Shown here: positions 9,109-19,632 of the stretch, in pieces
How positions within the stretch are numbered: position 1 is the first letter of the stretch
How the letters are laid out: each line of letters starts with the position of its first letter
DNA from: an uncultured Dehalococcoidales bacterium
GTDB taxonomy: Bacteria; Chloroflexota; Dehalococcoidia; E44-bin15
DNA: 26,667 nt
Assembly (NCBI GenBank): GCA_964354045.1
Contig: CAYGXY010000127.1
Location: forward strand, 1 to 26,667
Reading direction: 5' to 3'
The notes under the pieces: model-generated
What the model saw: only the letters and a program-made list of their open reading frames with translations
Database searches by the model: none
What the model was told of the DNA's origin: nothing
Made by a program: the position numbers and the translations under genes

Positions 9109-10443
9109 CTATTTCAAAAAGCCTTCATAATTTCTCATCAAAAGCTGGGCTTCTAACTGTCTCATTGTATCAAGAGCTACACCCACAACTATTATCATAC
9201 CAATAGCTGGAAGTTGTAGTTGAGTCCCTTGTATACCAGAGATTTTTTGTATGATAAAAGGTGATATTGTTACAACACCCAGGAATATAGCTCCACCCCA
9301 CGTAATACGATTATTCAGTTTTGATAAATACTGGTTTGTAGCTTTCCCCGGGCGTATACCTGGTATAAAAGCACCTTGCTTCTGCAAAGTATCAGCTAAA
9401 TTCTGCTGTTGAAAGATCACCGTAGTATAGAAGAACGTTAACGCAACCACTAAAAAGAAATATAATATCCAATAGAAATAACCATTATCCGAAAATAACT
9501 TCATCACTGAATCAGCAAAATTAGGAGCCGCAGGATTGGCAAAAAAGCCAGCAATTATTCCAGGCATTAACAAAAAAGACATAGCGAATATGATCGGTAT
9601 CATGCCTGCTGAGTTTACACGTATCGGTATATGAGTGCCACCTGATTGCCTATAAACCCGGCCGCCGCGATACAGGCTTCTAGCATATTGAACTGGGATA
9701 CGGCGTTGCGCTTCTGTAAAAATTATTATGGTGACAAGGACAACCAAAGATAATGCAACGAACAGAACCAAACCCAGTGGATCATGCGCTAGAGATCCCT
9801 GCCCTACCAGGTTAGGTAGAGTACAAACAATTCCAGCAAATATTATCAGAGACACACCATTGCCTATACCATATTCTGTTATCAACTCGCCAAGCCATAC
9901 CAAGAACATGGTTCCAGCAGTCATTGCTATTATCATTGAAATAGTAGGAAGCGCATTTTCTCCAGAGAAACCAACATTACTTATAACATCAGAAGAGCGC
10001 TGCAGTAGAACCAGCTGACTATAGCCCTGAAGCATGGCTAGAGGAACAGTGAGCCAATGTGTATATACATTTATTTTAGCCCTGCCACTATCACCCTCGC
10101 GAGCCAACTCCCGCAGCTTTGGAATGACAGGCACCATAAGTTGCATGATGATTGTGGCCGTAATATAAGGATAAACACCTAATGCGGCGATGCTCATGTT
10201 CCTCATTGCGCTGCCACTGAACAAATCCAGCATCCCGAACAAAGAGCCTGCGCTTGTACCTCCACCTAAAAAGTCCTTCATTGCTGCGGGATCGGCACCG
10301 GGCACAGGCACATGAGCAATGAAACGGAATAGAACTAAAATGCCTAACGTGATCAGCAACTTTCGTCTAAGATCTGTCTGACGAAAGGCATCTATCATTG
10401 ATTGGAGTAACTGAGGTCTGGAACTTTTCCGCTCTTGAGTCAC
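9109..10443 (-). CDS. secY: Preprotein translocase subunit SecY
   Basis: ALGVYPYITATII.QL, GIGNGVSLIIFAGI, AGMIPIIFA and FIPGIRPG; about ten hydrophobic segments. Start uncertain. Confidence 0.97.
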   Translation of the reverse strand: MTQERKSSRPQLLQSMIDAFRQTDLRRKLLITLGILVLFRFIAHVPVPGADPAAMKDFLGGGTSAGSLFGMLDLFSGSAMRNMSIAALGVYPYITATIIMQLMVPVIPKLRELAREGDSGRAKINVYTHWLTVPLAMLQGYSQLVLLQRSSDVISNVGFSGENALPTISMIIAMTAGTMFLVWLGELITEYGIGNGVSLIIFAGIVCTLPNLVGQGSLAHDPLGLVLFVALSLVVLVTIIIFTEAQRRIPVQYARSLYRGGRVYRQSGGTHIPIRVNSAGMIPIIFAMSFLLMPGIIAGFFANPAAPNFADSVMKLFSDNGYFYWILYFFLVVALTFFYTTVIFQQQNLADTLQKQGAFIPGIRPGKATNQYLSKLNNRITWGGAIFLGVVTISPFIIQKISGIQGTQLQLPAIGMIIVVGVALDTMRQLEAQLLMRNYEGFLK

Positions 10444-10889
10444 TGGCTGATTTCCTCTACTTTTCCTCCAGCGGACTCGATCTTCCTCTTGGCCGTTTGA
10501 GTGAACTTATTAGCTCTAACGGTAAATGGTTTCTCAAGTTCGCCATTGCCTAGAATCTTAATCGGTTTCTTCAGGGATTTAAGCAGCCTCTGCTCTACAA
10601 AATCTTCTGGTTTAATTTCCTGCCCTGACTCAAAGCGATTGAGGCTTGATATATTTATAGTTGAATATTCAGTCCTGAAAATATTATTAAACCCACGTTG
10701 TTCTGGAAGACGTTTTGTTAATGGGTTTTGTCCACCTTCAAAACCGGGACGCAAGGAAAATCCCGCACGCGCTTTTTGTCCCTTCGAACCTTTACACGCA
10801 GTAGTCCCATGGCCGCTGCCGGAGCCACGGCCTACTCTTTTCTTACTATGTTTTGACCCCTGCGGGGGGATCAGATCATTCTCCCTCAA
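10440..10889 (-). CDS. rplO: 50S ribosomal protein L15 (uL15)
   Basis: RVGRG.GSG.G, GQKAR.G and [11 protein letters not shown]. Start re-called to TTG 10889 behind GGAGG inside rpmD. Confidence 0.96.
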   Translation of the reverse strand: MRENDLIPPQGSKHSKKRVGRGSGSGHGTTACKGSKGQKARAGFSLRPGFEGGQNPLTKRLPEQRGFNNIFRTEYSTINISSLNRFESGQEIKPEDFVEQRLLKSLKKPIKILGNGELEKPFTVRANKFTQTAKRKIESAGGKVEEISQ

Positions 10890-11067
10890 CGGTTTCCTCC
10901 ACTTTGACAAGATGCCTAACCTTCAACAACATCCCGCGCATTGATGGAGAATCATCGTGTTCAACGGTTTGATTCAAACGACGAAGCCCCAAAGACTGTA
11001 TTGTATTTCTCTGGTCACGTGAGAAACCTATTCCACTTTTTACCCACGTAACCGCTAATTTAGCCAA
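10876..11067 (-). CDS. rpmD: 50S ribosomal protein L30 (uL30)
   Basis: [16 protein letters not shown] and RGML.KV.HLVKV. Position between rpsE and rplO. Confidence 0.96.
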   Translation of the reverse strand: MAKLAVTWVKSGIGFSRDQRNTIQSLGLRRLNQTVEHDDSPSMRGMLLKVRHLVKVEETVEGE

Positions 11068-11563
11068 CTGAAGCCTCCTTTGTAAGCAAAGACTTACGCC
11101 TGGAAAGAGCTTCTTCAGGAGTTTTTAACTGATGCAGCGCTTTTATTGTTGCACGCACTACGTTTACTTTGTTCTCACTGCCTAGAGATTTCGTAAGGAT
11201 ATCTTTTATTCCGGCGACTTCAAGAACAGCGCGAACACCACCACCCGCAATTAAACCAGTGCCTTGCGAAGCCGGTTTCAGAAGAACTTTTGAACCACAG
11301 TATTTGGCAGTTATCTGATATGGTATGGTACCATCTTTCATCGTTACCTTAACCATACGTTTACGTGCGATTGCATTTCCTTTGCGAATAGCTTCAGGTA
11401 TTTCTTTCGCTTTCCCCAAACCTTCGCCTACTTGACCATGTCCATCACCAACAACTACCAAGGCCGTAAAGCTAAAACGCCTTCCTCCCTTGACCACTTT
11501 AGCAACCCTTTTTATATGTACAAGTTTCTCATTTAAGGCTTCACCCTGTTTTAAATTTTCCAT
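11060..11563 (-). CDS. rpsE: 30S ribosomal protein S5 (uS5)
   Basis: [22 protein letters not shown] and [17 protein letters not shown]. Confidence 0.98.
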   Translation of the reverse strand: MENLKQGEALNEKLVHIKRVAKVVKGGRRFSFTALVVVGDGHGQVGEGLGKAKEIPEAIRKGNAIARKRMVKVTMKDGTIPYQITAKYCGSKVLLKPASQGTGLIAGGGVRAVLEVAGIKDILTKSLGSENKVNVVRATIKALHQLKTPEEALSRRKSLLTKEASVG

Positions 11564-11565
11564 CG

Positions 11566-11925
11566 TTAAAACTCCAAGCCTGCTTTTCTTGCTGCATCAG
11601 CCAGAACCTTCACGCGACCATGATACTGGTATCCTCCCCGGTCAAAAACCACTTTTTTAATACCACTTTCCGATGCACGTTTTGCTATAAGATTCCCAAT
11701 AAATGCAGCTGTCTCTGCCTTCGACTTATTATTAGATTTCAACTCTTTATCCAATGTCGATGCCGATACTAATGTATGCCCCTGACTATCATCAATAAGT
11801 TGACAATAAATATGATTCAGACTGCGATAAACGCAGAGCCTTGGCTTTTCTGCGGTTCCTGAAACCGACTTACGAACGCGTCTATGTCTTATTTCACGTG
11901 ATTTTTTTGTGTTATATATACCCAT
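11566..11925 (-). CDS. rplR: 50S ribosomal protein L18 (uL18)
   Basis: RH.RVRK, PRL.VYRS..HIY and [21 protein letters not shown]. Confidence 0.98.
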   Translation of the reverse strand: MGIYNTKKSREIRHRRVRKSVSGTAEKPRLCVYRSLNHIYCQLIDDSQGHTLVSASTLDKELKSNNKSKAETAAFIGNLIAKRASESGIKKVVFDRGGYQYHGRVKVLADAARKAGLEF

Positions 11926-12479
11926 TACCGTTTGGCTCCAGCTTTACCTGCTTTTCCAGGTTTTATACGTACCTTTTCATTTGAATATCTGACACCCTTG
12001 CCCTTATAGTGATCCGGCGGTCTCATCGCACGAATCTTTGCCGCCACATCGCCCACCTGTTCCTTATCAATTCCTTGCACAACCAGACGCTGTGGCTCTT
12101 TAACGACAACAGACACTCCCGCCGGTGGATTAATCTCTTTCACATGAGAAAATCCCAACTGCAATGTAACCTTTCCACCTGCAGCGGCCTGTGCCCGATA
12201 CCCCACACCGACGATCTCCAGATCTTTATGATATCCTTCACTCACCCCAACAACCATATTAGCCAACAGACTTCTTGTCAGACCATGCAATGATCGCACT
12301 TGTTTCTCATCTGATGACCTTGATACTTCAAGTACACCTTTGTCCATAGCAATTGAAATAGCAGGGTTAAATGAGCGCGTTAATTCACCTTTCGGTCCTT
12401 TAACCCGCACTTCACTGCCACTGATTTTTACTTCAACACCTTTTGGTACAGGAATTGGCATCTTACCGATGCGAGACAT
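11925..12479 (-). CDS. rplF: 50S ribosomal protein L6 (uL6)
   Basis: [22 protein letters not shown] and YKGKGVRY. Confidence 0.98.
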   Translation of the reverse strand: MSRIGKMPIPVPKGVEVKISGSEVRVKGPKGELTRSFNPAISIAMDKGVLEVSRSSDEKQVRSLHGLTRSLLANMVVGVSEGYHKDLEIVGVGYRAQAAAGGKVTLQLGFSHVKEINPPAGVSVVVKEPQRLVVQGIDKEQVGDVAAKIRAMRPPDHYKGKGVRYSNEKVRIKPGKAGKAGAKR

Positions 12480-12491
12480 TCTCTTCCTCCA

Positions 12492-12887
12492 TTACCATAC
12501 AAAGCAAATAAGTTCCCCTCCTACACCCTCTTGCCATGCCTTCTTACCTGAAATAATTCCCTTTGGTGTAGACAGAATCGCTATCCCTAATCCACCGTAA
12601 ACACGCGGTATTTCAGATTTAGAAACATATACTCTCAGGCCAGGTTTAGAGACCCTTTGCAATCCTTCAATAATAGGCTCTTTTTTATCTGTATACTTCA
12701 GATATATTTTAATCACCCTCTGTTGCTTACCTTTGACTACTTCATATTCTTTTATAAAGCCTTCATCACGTAATATTTTTGCAACAGCAAGCTTTATCTT
12801 CGATGATGGCACAAGTACGGAATCATGCCTAGCCATCGTAGCATTTCTAACCCTTGTTAACATATCAGCAATCGGATCTGTAACCAT
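12492..12887 (-). CDS. rpsH: 30S ribosomal protein S8 (uS8)
   Basis: [20 protein letters not shown] and [14 protein letters not shown] 12887 preferred. Confidence 0.98.
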   Translation of the reverse strand: MVTDPIADMLTRVRNATMARHDSVLVPSSKIKLAVAKILRDEGFIKEYEVVKGKQQRVIKIYLKYTDKKEPIIEGLQRVSKPGLRVYVSKSEIPRVYGGLGIAILSTPKGIISGKKAWQEGVGGELICFVW

Positions 12888-12932
12888 ACTCAACCTTTAC
12901 AAAAAGAATTTATTTTATATAAGAAAAGAATA

Positions 12933-13118
12933 TCACCAACTGGATTTCCTAACGCCAGGAATCTTTCCTTCAAGCGCCAGCGTACGAAAACATATACGGC
13001 ACAGCCCAAACATACGTATATATCCTCTCGACCGACCACACAATTGGCATCGATTCTTCTGTCTCACCTGAAATTTTGGCGTCCTACGCGCTTTAACAAT
13101 CCTTGATATCTTAGCCAT
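12933..13118 (-). CDS. rpsZ: 30S ribosomal protein S14, type Z (zinc-binding, 61 aa)
   Basis: [19 protein letters not shown] and PGVRKSSW. Confidence 0.97.
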   Translation of the reverse strand: MAKISRIVKARRTPKFQVRQKNRCQLCGRSRGYIRMFGLCRICFRTLALEGKIPGVRKSSW

Positions 13119-13150
13119 ATCTTATAAACACGCCTCTTTCACTACATATA

Positions 13151-13690
13151 TCACCGGGAGAACGGCATTCCCATAAGTTCGAAAAGCCTGAGACCCTCCG
13201 CATTGTTACGTGCAGTTGTAACAATACAGATCTCCAATCCCCTTACCTTATCAACCTTATCGTATAAAATTTCAGGAAATATCGTCTGATCCTTTAGTCC
13301 AAGAGTATAATTTCCCATACCATCAAAAGCGTTACGATTTAATCCTTGGAAGTCACGTATGCGAGGCAAAGCGACACTAATAAGCTTATCGAGGAATTCA
13401 TACATTCGTTTCCCGCGTAAAGTGACCATTATCCCGATGGGCATACCCTGACGCAATTTAAAATTGGCAATGGATTTTCGAGCCTTTGTTGTAACAGGAT
13501 GTTGTCCGGAAATTGCCGCAATATCTTGTTGGGCAGCATCCAAGGCTTGAGCATGCTGTATAGCTTCCCCAAGCCCAACATTTATTACCACTTTTACTAC
13601 TCTCGGCGCCTGCATTACACTGGTGTATTTAAATTCTTTCATCAGAGCAGGCAATATATCCTGTTGGTATTTTTCTTTCAAACGAGACAT
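13151..13690 (-). CDS. rplE: 50S ribosomal protein L5 (uL5)
   Basis: [30 protein letters not shown] and LPRIRDFQG. Confidence 0.98.
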   Translation of the reverse strand: MSRLKEKYQQDILPALMKEFKYTSVMQAPRVVKVVINVGLGEAIQHAQALDAAQQDIAAISGQHPVTTKARKSIANFKLRQGMPIGIMVTLRGKRMYEFLDKLISVALPRIRDFQGLNRNAFDGMGNYTLGLKDQTIFPEILYDKVDKVRGLEICIVTTARNNAEGLRLFELMGMPFSR

Positions 13691-14001
13691 TAGTTAATCA
13701 CCTCGTCACATTTCCCACATACTCTAACCCGCTTACCATCCTCGAGTATTTTTGATTGAATACGGACTGGTTTATTGCATTTCGGACATAACAGCATAAC
13801 ATTAGAAATTTGCAACGGGGCCTCACGTTCAATAATACCGGCCTGTCTGGCCTGTCCCCTTGGCTTCATATGACGTTTAATAATATTCACACCCTCAATA
13901 ATCAACACATTATCTTTAGGCATGATCTGACGTACTTTCCCCTTTTTGCCTTTATCTTTTCCAACTATTACCAGAACCGTATCCTCTTTTTTAATTTTCA
14001 T
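13690..14001 (-). CDS. rplX: 50S ribosomal protein L24 (uL24) with CxxC...CxxC
   Basis: KOW motif [15 protein letters not shown] and EAP..ISNV; CPKC and CGKC pairs. Confidence 0.97.
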   Translation of the reverse strand: MKIKKEDTVLVIVGKDKGKKGKVRQIMPKDNVLIIEGVNIIKRHMKPRGQARQAGIIEREAPLQISNVMLLCPKCNKPVRIQSKILEDGKRVRVCGKCDEVIN

Positions 14002-14002
14002 A

Positions 14003-14371
14003 TTAAAGAACCTCTGGTGCCAGTGATAAAATCTTCATAAAATTCTTCTGTCTCAACTCATGTGCTACCGGACCGAAAATACGAGTGCCCTTCGGGTTAT
14101 TTTTTTCATCAAGTATCACAGCAGCGTTATCATCGAATCTGATATACGAACCATCTGGACGCCTGTATTGCGTTGCCGTTCGCACAACAACTGCTCGCAC
14201 TACCTCGTGTTTTTTGACAGTGCCTCCCGTTTGTGCATCTTTAACGGCAGCAACAATTATATCGCCCACACGAGCATACCTTTTGCGAGTTCCACCAGGT
14301 ACGTGTATACACATGATACTTTTAGCACCTGTGTTATCTGCAACTTTTAACCTGGTTTGAGGCATAATCAT
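14003..14371 (-). CDS. rplN: 50S ribosomal protein L14 (uL14)
   Basis: [24 protein letters not shown] and [12 protein letters not shown]. Confidence 0.98.
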   Translation of the reverse strand: MIMPQTRLKVADNTGAKSIMCIHVPGGTRKRYARVGDIIVAAVKDAQTGGTVKKHEVVRAVVVRTATQYRRPDGSYIRFDDNAAVILDEKNNPKGTRIFGPVAHELRQKNFMKILSLAPEVL

Positions 14372-14637
14372 TGTGAATCACCCTTAGATAATATCTCGGC
14401 TACTTTCCAACGCTTCTCTTTCGAAAGAGGCCTTGTTTCTTCTATCAAAACTACATCGCCTATTTTACAGGCATTTTGTTCATCGTGAGCTTTGAATTTA
14501 CTTAAATGTCTTACACGTTTATTGTAAAGACGATGAGGTATATAGTACTCAACCATAACAACAACGGTCTTTACCATCTTATTACTTACGACACGCCCTA
14601 TTTTCTTCTTCTTGCTATTTCTGGTCTCTGTAACCAA
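14368..14637 (-). CDS. rpsQ: 30S ribosomal protein S17 (uS17)
   Basis: G.VVSNKM.KTVVV, AHDE and GDVV.I.ETRPLSK.KRW. TTG start. Confidence 0.97.
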   Translation of the reverse strand: MVTETRNSKKKKIGRVVSNKMVKTVVVMVEYYIPHRLYNKRVRHLSKFKAHDEQNACKIGDVVLIEETRPLSKEKRWKVAEILSKGDSQ

Positions 14638-14652
14638 TGTACAATTACTCCT

Positions 14653-14844
14653 CTACTGTAATTCCCGCTCCCTCATTACCGTCTTTATTTTAGCTACCTT
14701 TTTCCTGACATTTCGGATTTCATGATAATTGCCAAGCTGCTTAGTAGCAAGACGAAATCTCAAATTGAACAGCTCTCGATATGATTCATCAAGTTTTTTC
14801 TTGAGTTCATCAGTATTTAAAGTGCGAATTTCCGTGACTTTCAA
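14653..14844 (-). CDS. rpmC: 50S ribosomal protein L29 (uL29)
   Basis: ELFNLRF..AT.QL.N..I...R..VA.IKT. TTG start. Confidence 0.96.
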   Translation of the reverse strand: MKVTEIRTLNTDELKKKLDESYRELFNLRFRLATKQLGNYHEIRNVRKKVAKIKTVMRERELQ

Positions 14845-14856
14845 CCTAAGCTCCCT

Positions 14857-15279
14857 CTATCCCACGATATCTGCGTCTCTGTGCACAAATCTTGTTGGTA
14901 TAGGCAATTTATGAGATGCTAATCGCATTGCTTCTCTAGCTGATTCCTCTTTGACACCAGCGATTTCAAATAACATCCTTCCTGGTTTGGTCACACAGAC
15001 CCAATGATCAACAGCGGCTTTTCCGCTTCCCTGTCTGGTTTCCGCCGGTTTTTTTGTAACAGGCTTATCTGGGAATACACGAATCCACAATTTGCCGCCT
15101 CTTCGCACATAACGAATTATCGCACGTCTTGCTGCCTCTATCTGCCGCGATGTAAGCCAACAAGCACCTTGAGCTTGAAGCCCGTATTCACCAAAGGCTA
15201 TAGTATTGCCAGCATTAGCCTGGCCTTTCCTTCTCCCGCGACTCTGCTTCCTATGTTTAACTCGTTTAGGCTGTAACAT
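14857..15279 (-). CDS. rplP: 50S ribosomal protein L16 (uL16)
   Basis: [20 protein letters not shown] and [16 protein letters not shown]. Confidence 0.98.
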   Translation of the reverse strand: MLQPKRVKHRKQSRGRRKGQANAGNTIAFGEYGLQAQGACWLTSRQIEAARRAIIRYVRRGGKLWIRVFPDKPVTKKPAETRQGSGKAAVDHWVCVTKPGRMLFEIAGVKEESAREAMRLASHKLPIPTRFVHRDADIVG

Positions 15280-15326
15280 TATGTTTTTCCTCGCTCAGCG
15301 GATAACCGATTATATGCCCCTTCTAA

Positions 15327-16412
15327 TTAATCCCCACCAGATTCCTTTTCCTCACCGGCCTTAAGTTTGGCTTTGGATTTTGGTTTACTTTCTTTTTGCT
15401 CTTTTTCAGATATCACTGCAGTGTCACCAATATTCGAGGATTCACCAAGACTCGCCTTTGATTTATCTTTAGCTTTACCTCTGGTTTTAGGTTTCTCTTC
15501 TTTCTCTACCTTTGGCTCAGGTGTAGTACTTACAGACTTCGCTCTTGTTCTTACTTTAGAACGACTTTTTGATGCCGATACCGCTACTTCTGGTTTACCT
15601 TTTCCCTCAACAGCCACACCATCTTTTGAACCTTCATGTTCTTCTGAGATTACTAATTCTTCAGGTTTACCTGTTGCTTCAACTGATTCAATAGTTTTTG
15701 TGCTAACTATAGCCCCTTCAGCTTTTTTTTCTGGTTTTTCTTTATTACTCACGGTTACAGCAGCATCTGCATTAAATTTTTCATATTCTGGAATGATATC
15801 ACCTTTATAAATGTAAACTTTAACCCCGATTGTTCCTAAAGTTGTATGTGCTGTTGCAGTGGCATAATCTATATCAGCACGCAAGGTATGAAGCGGGACT
15901 CTTCCTTCATGAAGCTTTTCTGTTCTTGCATATTCAGAACTTCCGACTCTTCCAGCACAAATTATCTTTATTCCCTGTGCCCCTCTTTCCATTGCTCGGA
16001 ATATAGCTTGCTTCATCGCTCTCCTGTGAGAAATACGGCGTTCCATTTGTTGCGCTATACTCCTAGCCACAAGGCATGCATCCAGCTCCGGCTGGGACAC
16101 TTCCTGTATATTAAGCCTAACACGCTTACCAGCGATCTGCTCCAATAATGACCTTGTTTCATCAACGCGCTGGCCGCCTCGACCGATGACGATGCCAGGT
16201 CTAGATGTGTGAACAGTAACTGTCACTTGATTGGATGCGCGTTCTATCTCAACCCGGGCAATGTCATCATCTTTATATTTAGATGAAATAACATTCCTAA
16301 TACGCAGGTCTTCTTGAAGCAGTTCAGTATAATGCTTATCAGCATACCATCTTGACTGCCAGTCTTTTGTTATGCCTAACCTAAAGCCTATTGGATGCAC
16401 CTTCTGGCCCAA
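15327..16412 (-). CDS. rpsC: 30S ribosomal protein S3 (uS3) with ~150-aa charged C-terminal extension
   Basis: [23 protein letters not shown] and [14 protein letters not shown]. The core ends near YKGDIIP (about aa 209 of 361). Confidence 0.97.
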   Translation of the reverse strand: MGQKVHPIGFRLGITKDWQSRWYADKHYTELLQEDLRIRNVISSKYKDDDIARVEIERASNQVTVTVHTSRPGIVIGRGGQRVDETRSLLEQIAGKRVRLNIQEVSQPELDACLVARSIAQQMERRISHRRAMKQAIFRAMERGAQGIKIICAGRVGSSEYARTEKLHEGRVPLHTLRADIDYATATAHTTLGTIGVKVYIYKGDIIPEYEKFNADAAVTVSNKEKPEKKAEGAIVSTKTIESVEATGKPEELVISEEHEGSKDGVAVEGKGKPEVAVSASKSRSKVRTRAKSVSTTPEPKVEKEEKPKTRGKAKDKSKASLGESSNIGDTAVISEKEQKESKPKSKAKLKAGEEKESGGD

Positions 16413-16748
16413 TCATTCCTCCTCTTTAACTATGACAGTTATATGGCTAGAACGTTTTAAGATAGGTTTGACCCTACCTCTAGGTCCTGCACGAAATCGC
16501 TTCATAGTACGCCCCTCATCGATTAGAATCTTAGTGATCTTTAAATCAGATGGGGTCATCTCATAATTATTTTCCGCATTCGCTGCAGCCGACTTAACCG
16601 CCTTAGCTACAGACTGCGCCGATGGCGATGGCAAGAATTTTAAAATGGTTAAGGCCTGATCCACCTTTTTACCCCTTACCAAATCTGCCATTAACCTCAG
16701 TTTCCGAGGTGATGTTCCTATATTTTTTGAAATAGCTTTTACTTCCAT
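16413..16748 (-). CDS. rplV: 50S ribosomal protein L22 (uL22)
   Basis: SPRKLRL.ADL.RG, SA.ANAENN and RGR...I.KRSSHITV. Confidence 0.98.
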   Translation of the reverse strand: MEVKAISKNIGTSPRKLRLMADLVRGKKVDQALTILKFLPSPSAQSVAKAVKSAAANAENNYEMTPSDLKITKILIDEGRTMKRFRAGPRGRVKPILKRSSHITVIVKEEE

Positions 16749-16753
16749 AACAC

Positions 16754-17050
16754 TTATTGCGTCGCCTTTTTAATTACAGTTACTTTTTCGGTTTTACCAC
16801 CGTGTCCTCTGAACGTCCTGGTAAACGCAAACTCACCAAGTTTATGCCCGATCATATTCTCAGTAATGAAGATTGGCACATGTCTTCTGCCATCATGCAC
16901 AGCAACAGTATGGCCGATCATTTCTGGGGTTATCGTGGATGCCCTGGCCCACGTCTTAACTACAGCCTTTTCCCCAGAAAGATTTAACGCATCTATCTTC
17001 TTTTGTAAATTATGGTCTATATACGGCCCTTTTTTTATGGATCTGGACAT
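16754..17050 (-). CDS. rpsS: 30S ribosomal protein S19 (uS19)
   Basis: [17 protein letters not shown] and [14 protein letters not shown]. Confidence 0.98.
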   Translation of the reverse strand: MSRSIKKGPYIDHNLQKKIDALNLSGEKAVVKTWARASTITPEMIGHTVAVHDGRRHVPIFITENMIGHKLGEFAFTRTFRGHGGKTEKVTVIKKATQ

Positions 17051-17091
17051 CTCTTTGACCTCTTCTGCGCCTCAGACACTATTCCTATTTC

Positions 17092-17916
17092 TTATTCCCT
17101 TCGTCTTACAATCATATTATTTGTACGCTTATTTTTGCGCGTCCTATATCCTAAAGTTGGTTTACCCCACGGAGTCTTCGGCCCAGGCATTCCTATCGGG
17201 CATCTGCCTTCACCACCACCGTGGGGATGATCCCTGGGAGTCATAGCAGAGCCGCGGACAGTAGGGCGGATGCCCATATGTCTCTTTCTACCCGCTTTAC
17301 CAAGCTTTATGTGCTGATGATCTGCATTACCTATTTGTCCGATTGTAGCATAACATTCCAAACGTATCTTTCTTAATTCCGATGACGGCATACGAATTAG
17401 AGCATAGTCACCCTCTTTTGCCATGAGTTGGGCAACTGCGCCAGCGCTTCTAACAAGCTGCCCGCCTTTTCCAATAGACATCTCTATATTGTGTATTGAA
17501 GTGCCTGTCGGAATCGATTTGAGTGGCATACAATGCCCTACTTTAATATCCGCTTTTTCACCTGCTATGATTTTATCGCCTACTTTTAATCCTATAGGCG
17601 AGAGAATATATCGACGTTCACCATCAGTATATTGTATAAGAGCAATTCTGGATGATCGATTCGGATCGTATTCGATTGCAATTACCTCACCGGGCATATC
17701 GCGCTTATCACGTTTAAAGTCAATGACGCGATACATCCGCTTAGCACCACCTCCACGATGACGAACCGTTATCCGCCCCTGGTTATTCCGTCCAGCCTTA
17801 CTCTTGAGGGGTCTTACTAAAGACTTCTCAGGACTCCACTTTGTTATTTCTTCAAATGTAGAGCCTGTCCCGCCTCTGCGCCCAGGAGATGTCGGTTTAT
17901 ATTCTTTAATAGGCAC
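17092..17916 (-). CDS. rplB: 50S ribosomal protein L2 (uL2)
   Basis: [29 protein letters not shown] and [12 protein letters not shown] start. Confidence 0.98.
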   Translation of the reverse strand: MPIKEYKPTSPGRRGGTGSTFEEITKWSPEKSLVRPLKSKAGRNNQGRITVRHRGGGAKRMYRVIDFKRDKRDMPGEVIAIEYDPNRSSRIALIQYTDGERRYILSPIGLKVGDKIIAGEKADIKVGHCMPLKSIPTGTSIHNIEMSIGKGGQLVRSAGAVAQLMAKEGDYALIRMPSSELRKIRLECYATIGQIGNADHQHIKLGKAGRKRHMGIRPTVRGSAMTPRDHPHGGGEGRCPIGMPGPKTPWGKPTLGYRTRKNKRTNNMIVRRRE

Positions 17917-17927
17917 TTACTTTCTCC

Positions 17928-18212
17928 TTATACTCCCTCAAAGTACTCTATCTTTTGCCCTTGCTTAATTTTAACAATCGCTTTTTTCCAAGGAGACACC
18001 TGACTCCTTCTTCTCCCTGGCCCCCTCCACTTAGCAGGCATAGTGATTACATTTACTTTAACAACATCAACTTTAAACGCTTTTTCCACAGCTTCTTTTA
18101 TCTGTTGTTTACTAGCGCCTTTATCTACTTCAAATGTATATTTGAACTTCTCTTGCAATGGAGTGCTTTTCTCATTAATGATCGGACGTTTAAGTATTTC
18201 CAGTATTTGCAT
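17928..18212 (-). CDS. rplW: 50S ribosomal protein L23 (uL23)
   Basis: P.I.EKS, F.V...A.K..IK.AVE..F.V.V..VN and WKKA.V. Confidence 0.97.
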   Translation of the reverse strand: MQILEILKRPIINEKSTPLQEKFKYTFEVDKGASKQQIKEAVEKAFKVDVVKVNVITMPAKWRGPGRRRSQVSPWKKAIVKIKQGQKIEYFEGV

Positions 18213-18221
18213 GATCTATCC

Positions 18222-18872
18222 CTATACCTTTGCAAACTCTTTCGATGATGGTTTACAAATCTCATCTATTTTCTTTATTGCTGGCAATGAAATCAATATC
18301 TGACGATGAGTAAGTAAGTCCCCAACGTTCAGCATATAAGCAGGCAGAACATCCGCTCCGTTTAAATTTCTTGCCGATTTATATATATTGCTGTCCGGTT
18401 CATCAGTGACTATCATAAGCGAAGGACCTAGCTCTAATGCCTTAACAATTCGGGCTATTTCTTTTGTATTGGGTTCACCGAACGATAGTTTGTCTATAAT
18501 CTTTATCTCGCCATCTGATACCTTACCAGATAGAACACATCTGATAGCGAGTCTTCTCATTTTCTTCGGCATTGCCTGCCGATAGCTCCTAGCCTGTGGA
18601 CCAAATACAACACCGCCACCCCTTATTAATGGAGAGCGAGAGCTGCCGCGCCGTGCCCGGCCAGTTCCTTTTTGTTTATATGGTTTTTTACCACCACCGG
18701 ACACCTGTCCTCGAGTCTTAACACCTACTGTGCCTTGCCGTGCATTGGCATTCTGTCTAAGCATCGCCTGGTGAACCACCGCAGAGTTCATAGGAATACC
18801 AAAAACCTCATCGCTCAGATCAACGTTATCTACAACCTTACCTGACGAATTATATACCGGAACCTGTACCAC
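18222..18872 (-). CDS. rplD: 50S ribosomal protein L4 (uL4)
   Basis: KTRGQVSGGG.KP..QKGTGRAR.GS.RSP..RGGG..FGP. Start re-called to GTG 18872, 9 nt after GGAGG (18886-18882) and 1 nt after the ATPase stop. Confidence 0.97.
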   Translation of the reverse strand: MVQVPVYNSSGKVVDNVDLSDEVFGIPMNSAVVHQAMLRQNANARQGTVGVKTRGQVSGGGKKPYKQKGTGRARRGSSRSPLIRGGGVVFGPQARSYRQAMPKKMRRLAIRCVLSGKVSDGEIKIIDKLSFGEPNTKEIARIVKALELGPSLMIVTDEPDSNIYKSARNLNGADVLPAYMLNVGDLLTHRQILISLPAIKKIDEICKPSSKEFAKV

Positions 18873-18873
18873 C

Positions 18874-19623
18874 TTAAAAACCCTCCGGGCAGACGTTAGA
18901 CAGTCTACCATCACAAAGATATAAAACTCTTTCGGCCTTCTCGGCTAATCTATGGTCATGAGTCACGACAATAAATGTCTTCTTATTCTTTTTATTCAAA
19001 CGCAACATAATATCTATAATCTCTGCACTGGTCTTGGTGTCTAAATTGCCGGTTGGCTCATCAGCTAGTATCACGCTCGGATTCATTATCAGTGAACGAG
19101 CTATAGCTACTCTCTGCTGTTCTCCCCCGGAAAGCTCACCAGGCTTGTGGTGCAGGCGGTCTTTCAAGCCAACTAGCTTTAAAAGACGCACAGCCTTCAT
19201 ATGATACCTCTTATTACCCCTGATTGGCAATACCGGACTAAGTACATTTCGCAAAGCGTCTAAAGTAGGCACGAGATAATATGTCTGAAAAATGAAGCCC
19301 AGCTTCTCACGACGCACTTTATACAACTTGCTTTCCGCCATAGTACTTGTCTCTACACCGCCGATCACAACCCTGCCTTTAGTCGGTCGATCCAAAGCCC
19401 CCAGCATATTGAGAAGAGTAGTCTTTCCGCTTCCCGACGGTCCCAATATCGCTATAAATTCTCCATCCTTCACCTTAAGGTCAACCGATTTAAGTGCAAC
19501 TACTTTGGTCCTGCCCCTGCCGTACACTTTTGTAACCTTACTTGCAACAACAATATTTTTACGCGGCGCTTCATCCGCAGGGCTATCCCGTTTTTCAGTT
19601 AATGCTTGCCCTTCATTCATCAC
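18874..19623 (-). CDS. ABC transporter ATP-binding protein, LolD/MacB-like (type VII), inserted in the S10 operon
   Basis: Walker A GPSGSGKT, signature [13 protein letters not shown], Walker B/D-loop [11 protein letters not shown] and H-loop VVTHD. Start is GTG 19623 or ATG 19620. Confidence 0.95.
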   Translation of the reverse strand: MMNEGQALTEKRDSPADEAPRKNIVVASKVTKVYGRGRTKVVALKSVDLKVKDGEFIAILGPSGSGKTTLLNMLGALDRPTKGRVVIGGVETSTMAESKLYKVRREKLGFIFQTYYLVPTLDALRNVLSPVLPIRGNKRYHMKAVRLLKLVGLKDRLHHKPGELSGGEQQRVAIARSLIMNPSVILADEPTGNLDTKTSAEIIDIMLRLNKKNKKTFIVVTHDHRLAEKAERVLYLCDGRLSNVCPEGF

Positions 19624-19632
19624 AGTAAATGC

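Noticed and set aside
15309-15314. Perfect TATAAT on the minus strand between rpsC and rplP as an internal promoter
   Set aside because: No -35 at 16-18 nt and no extended -10 TG; likely chance in an AT-rich spacer.
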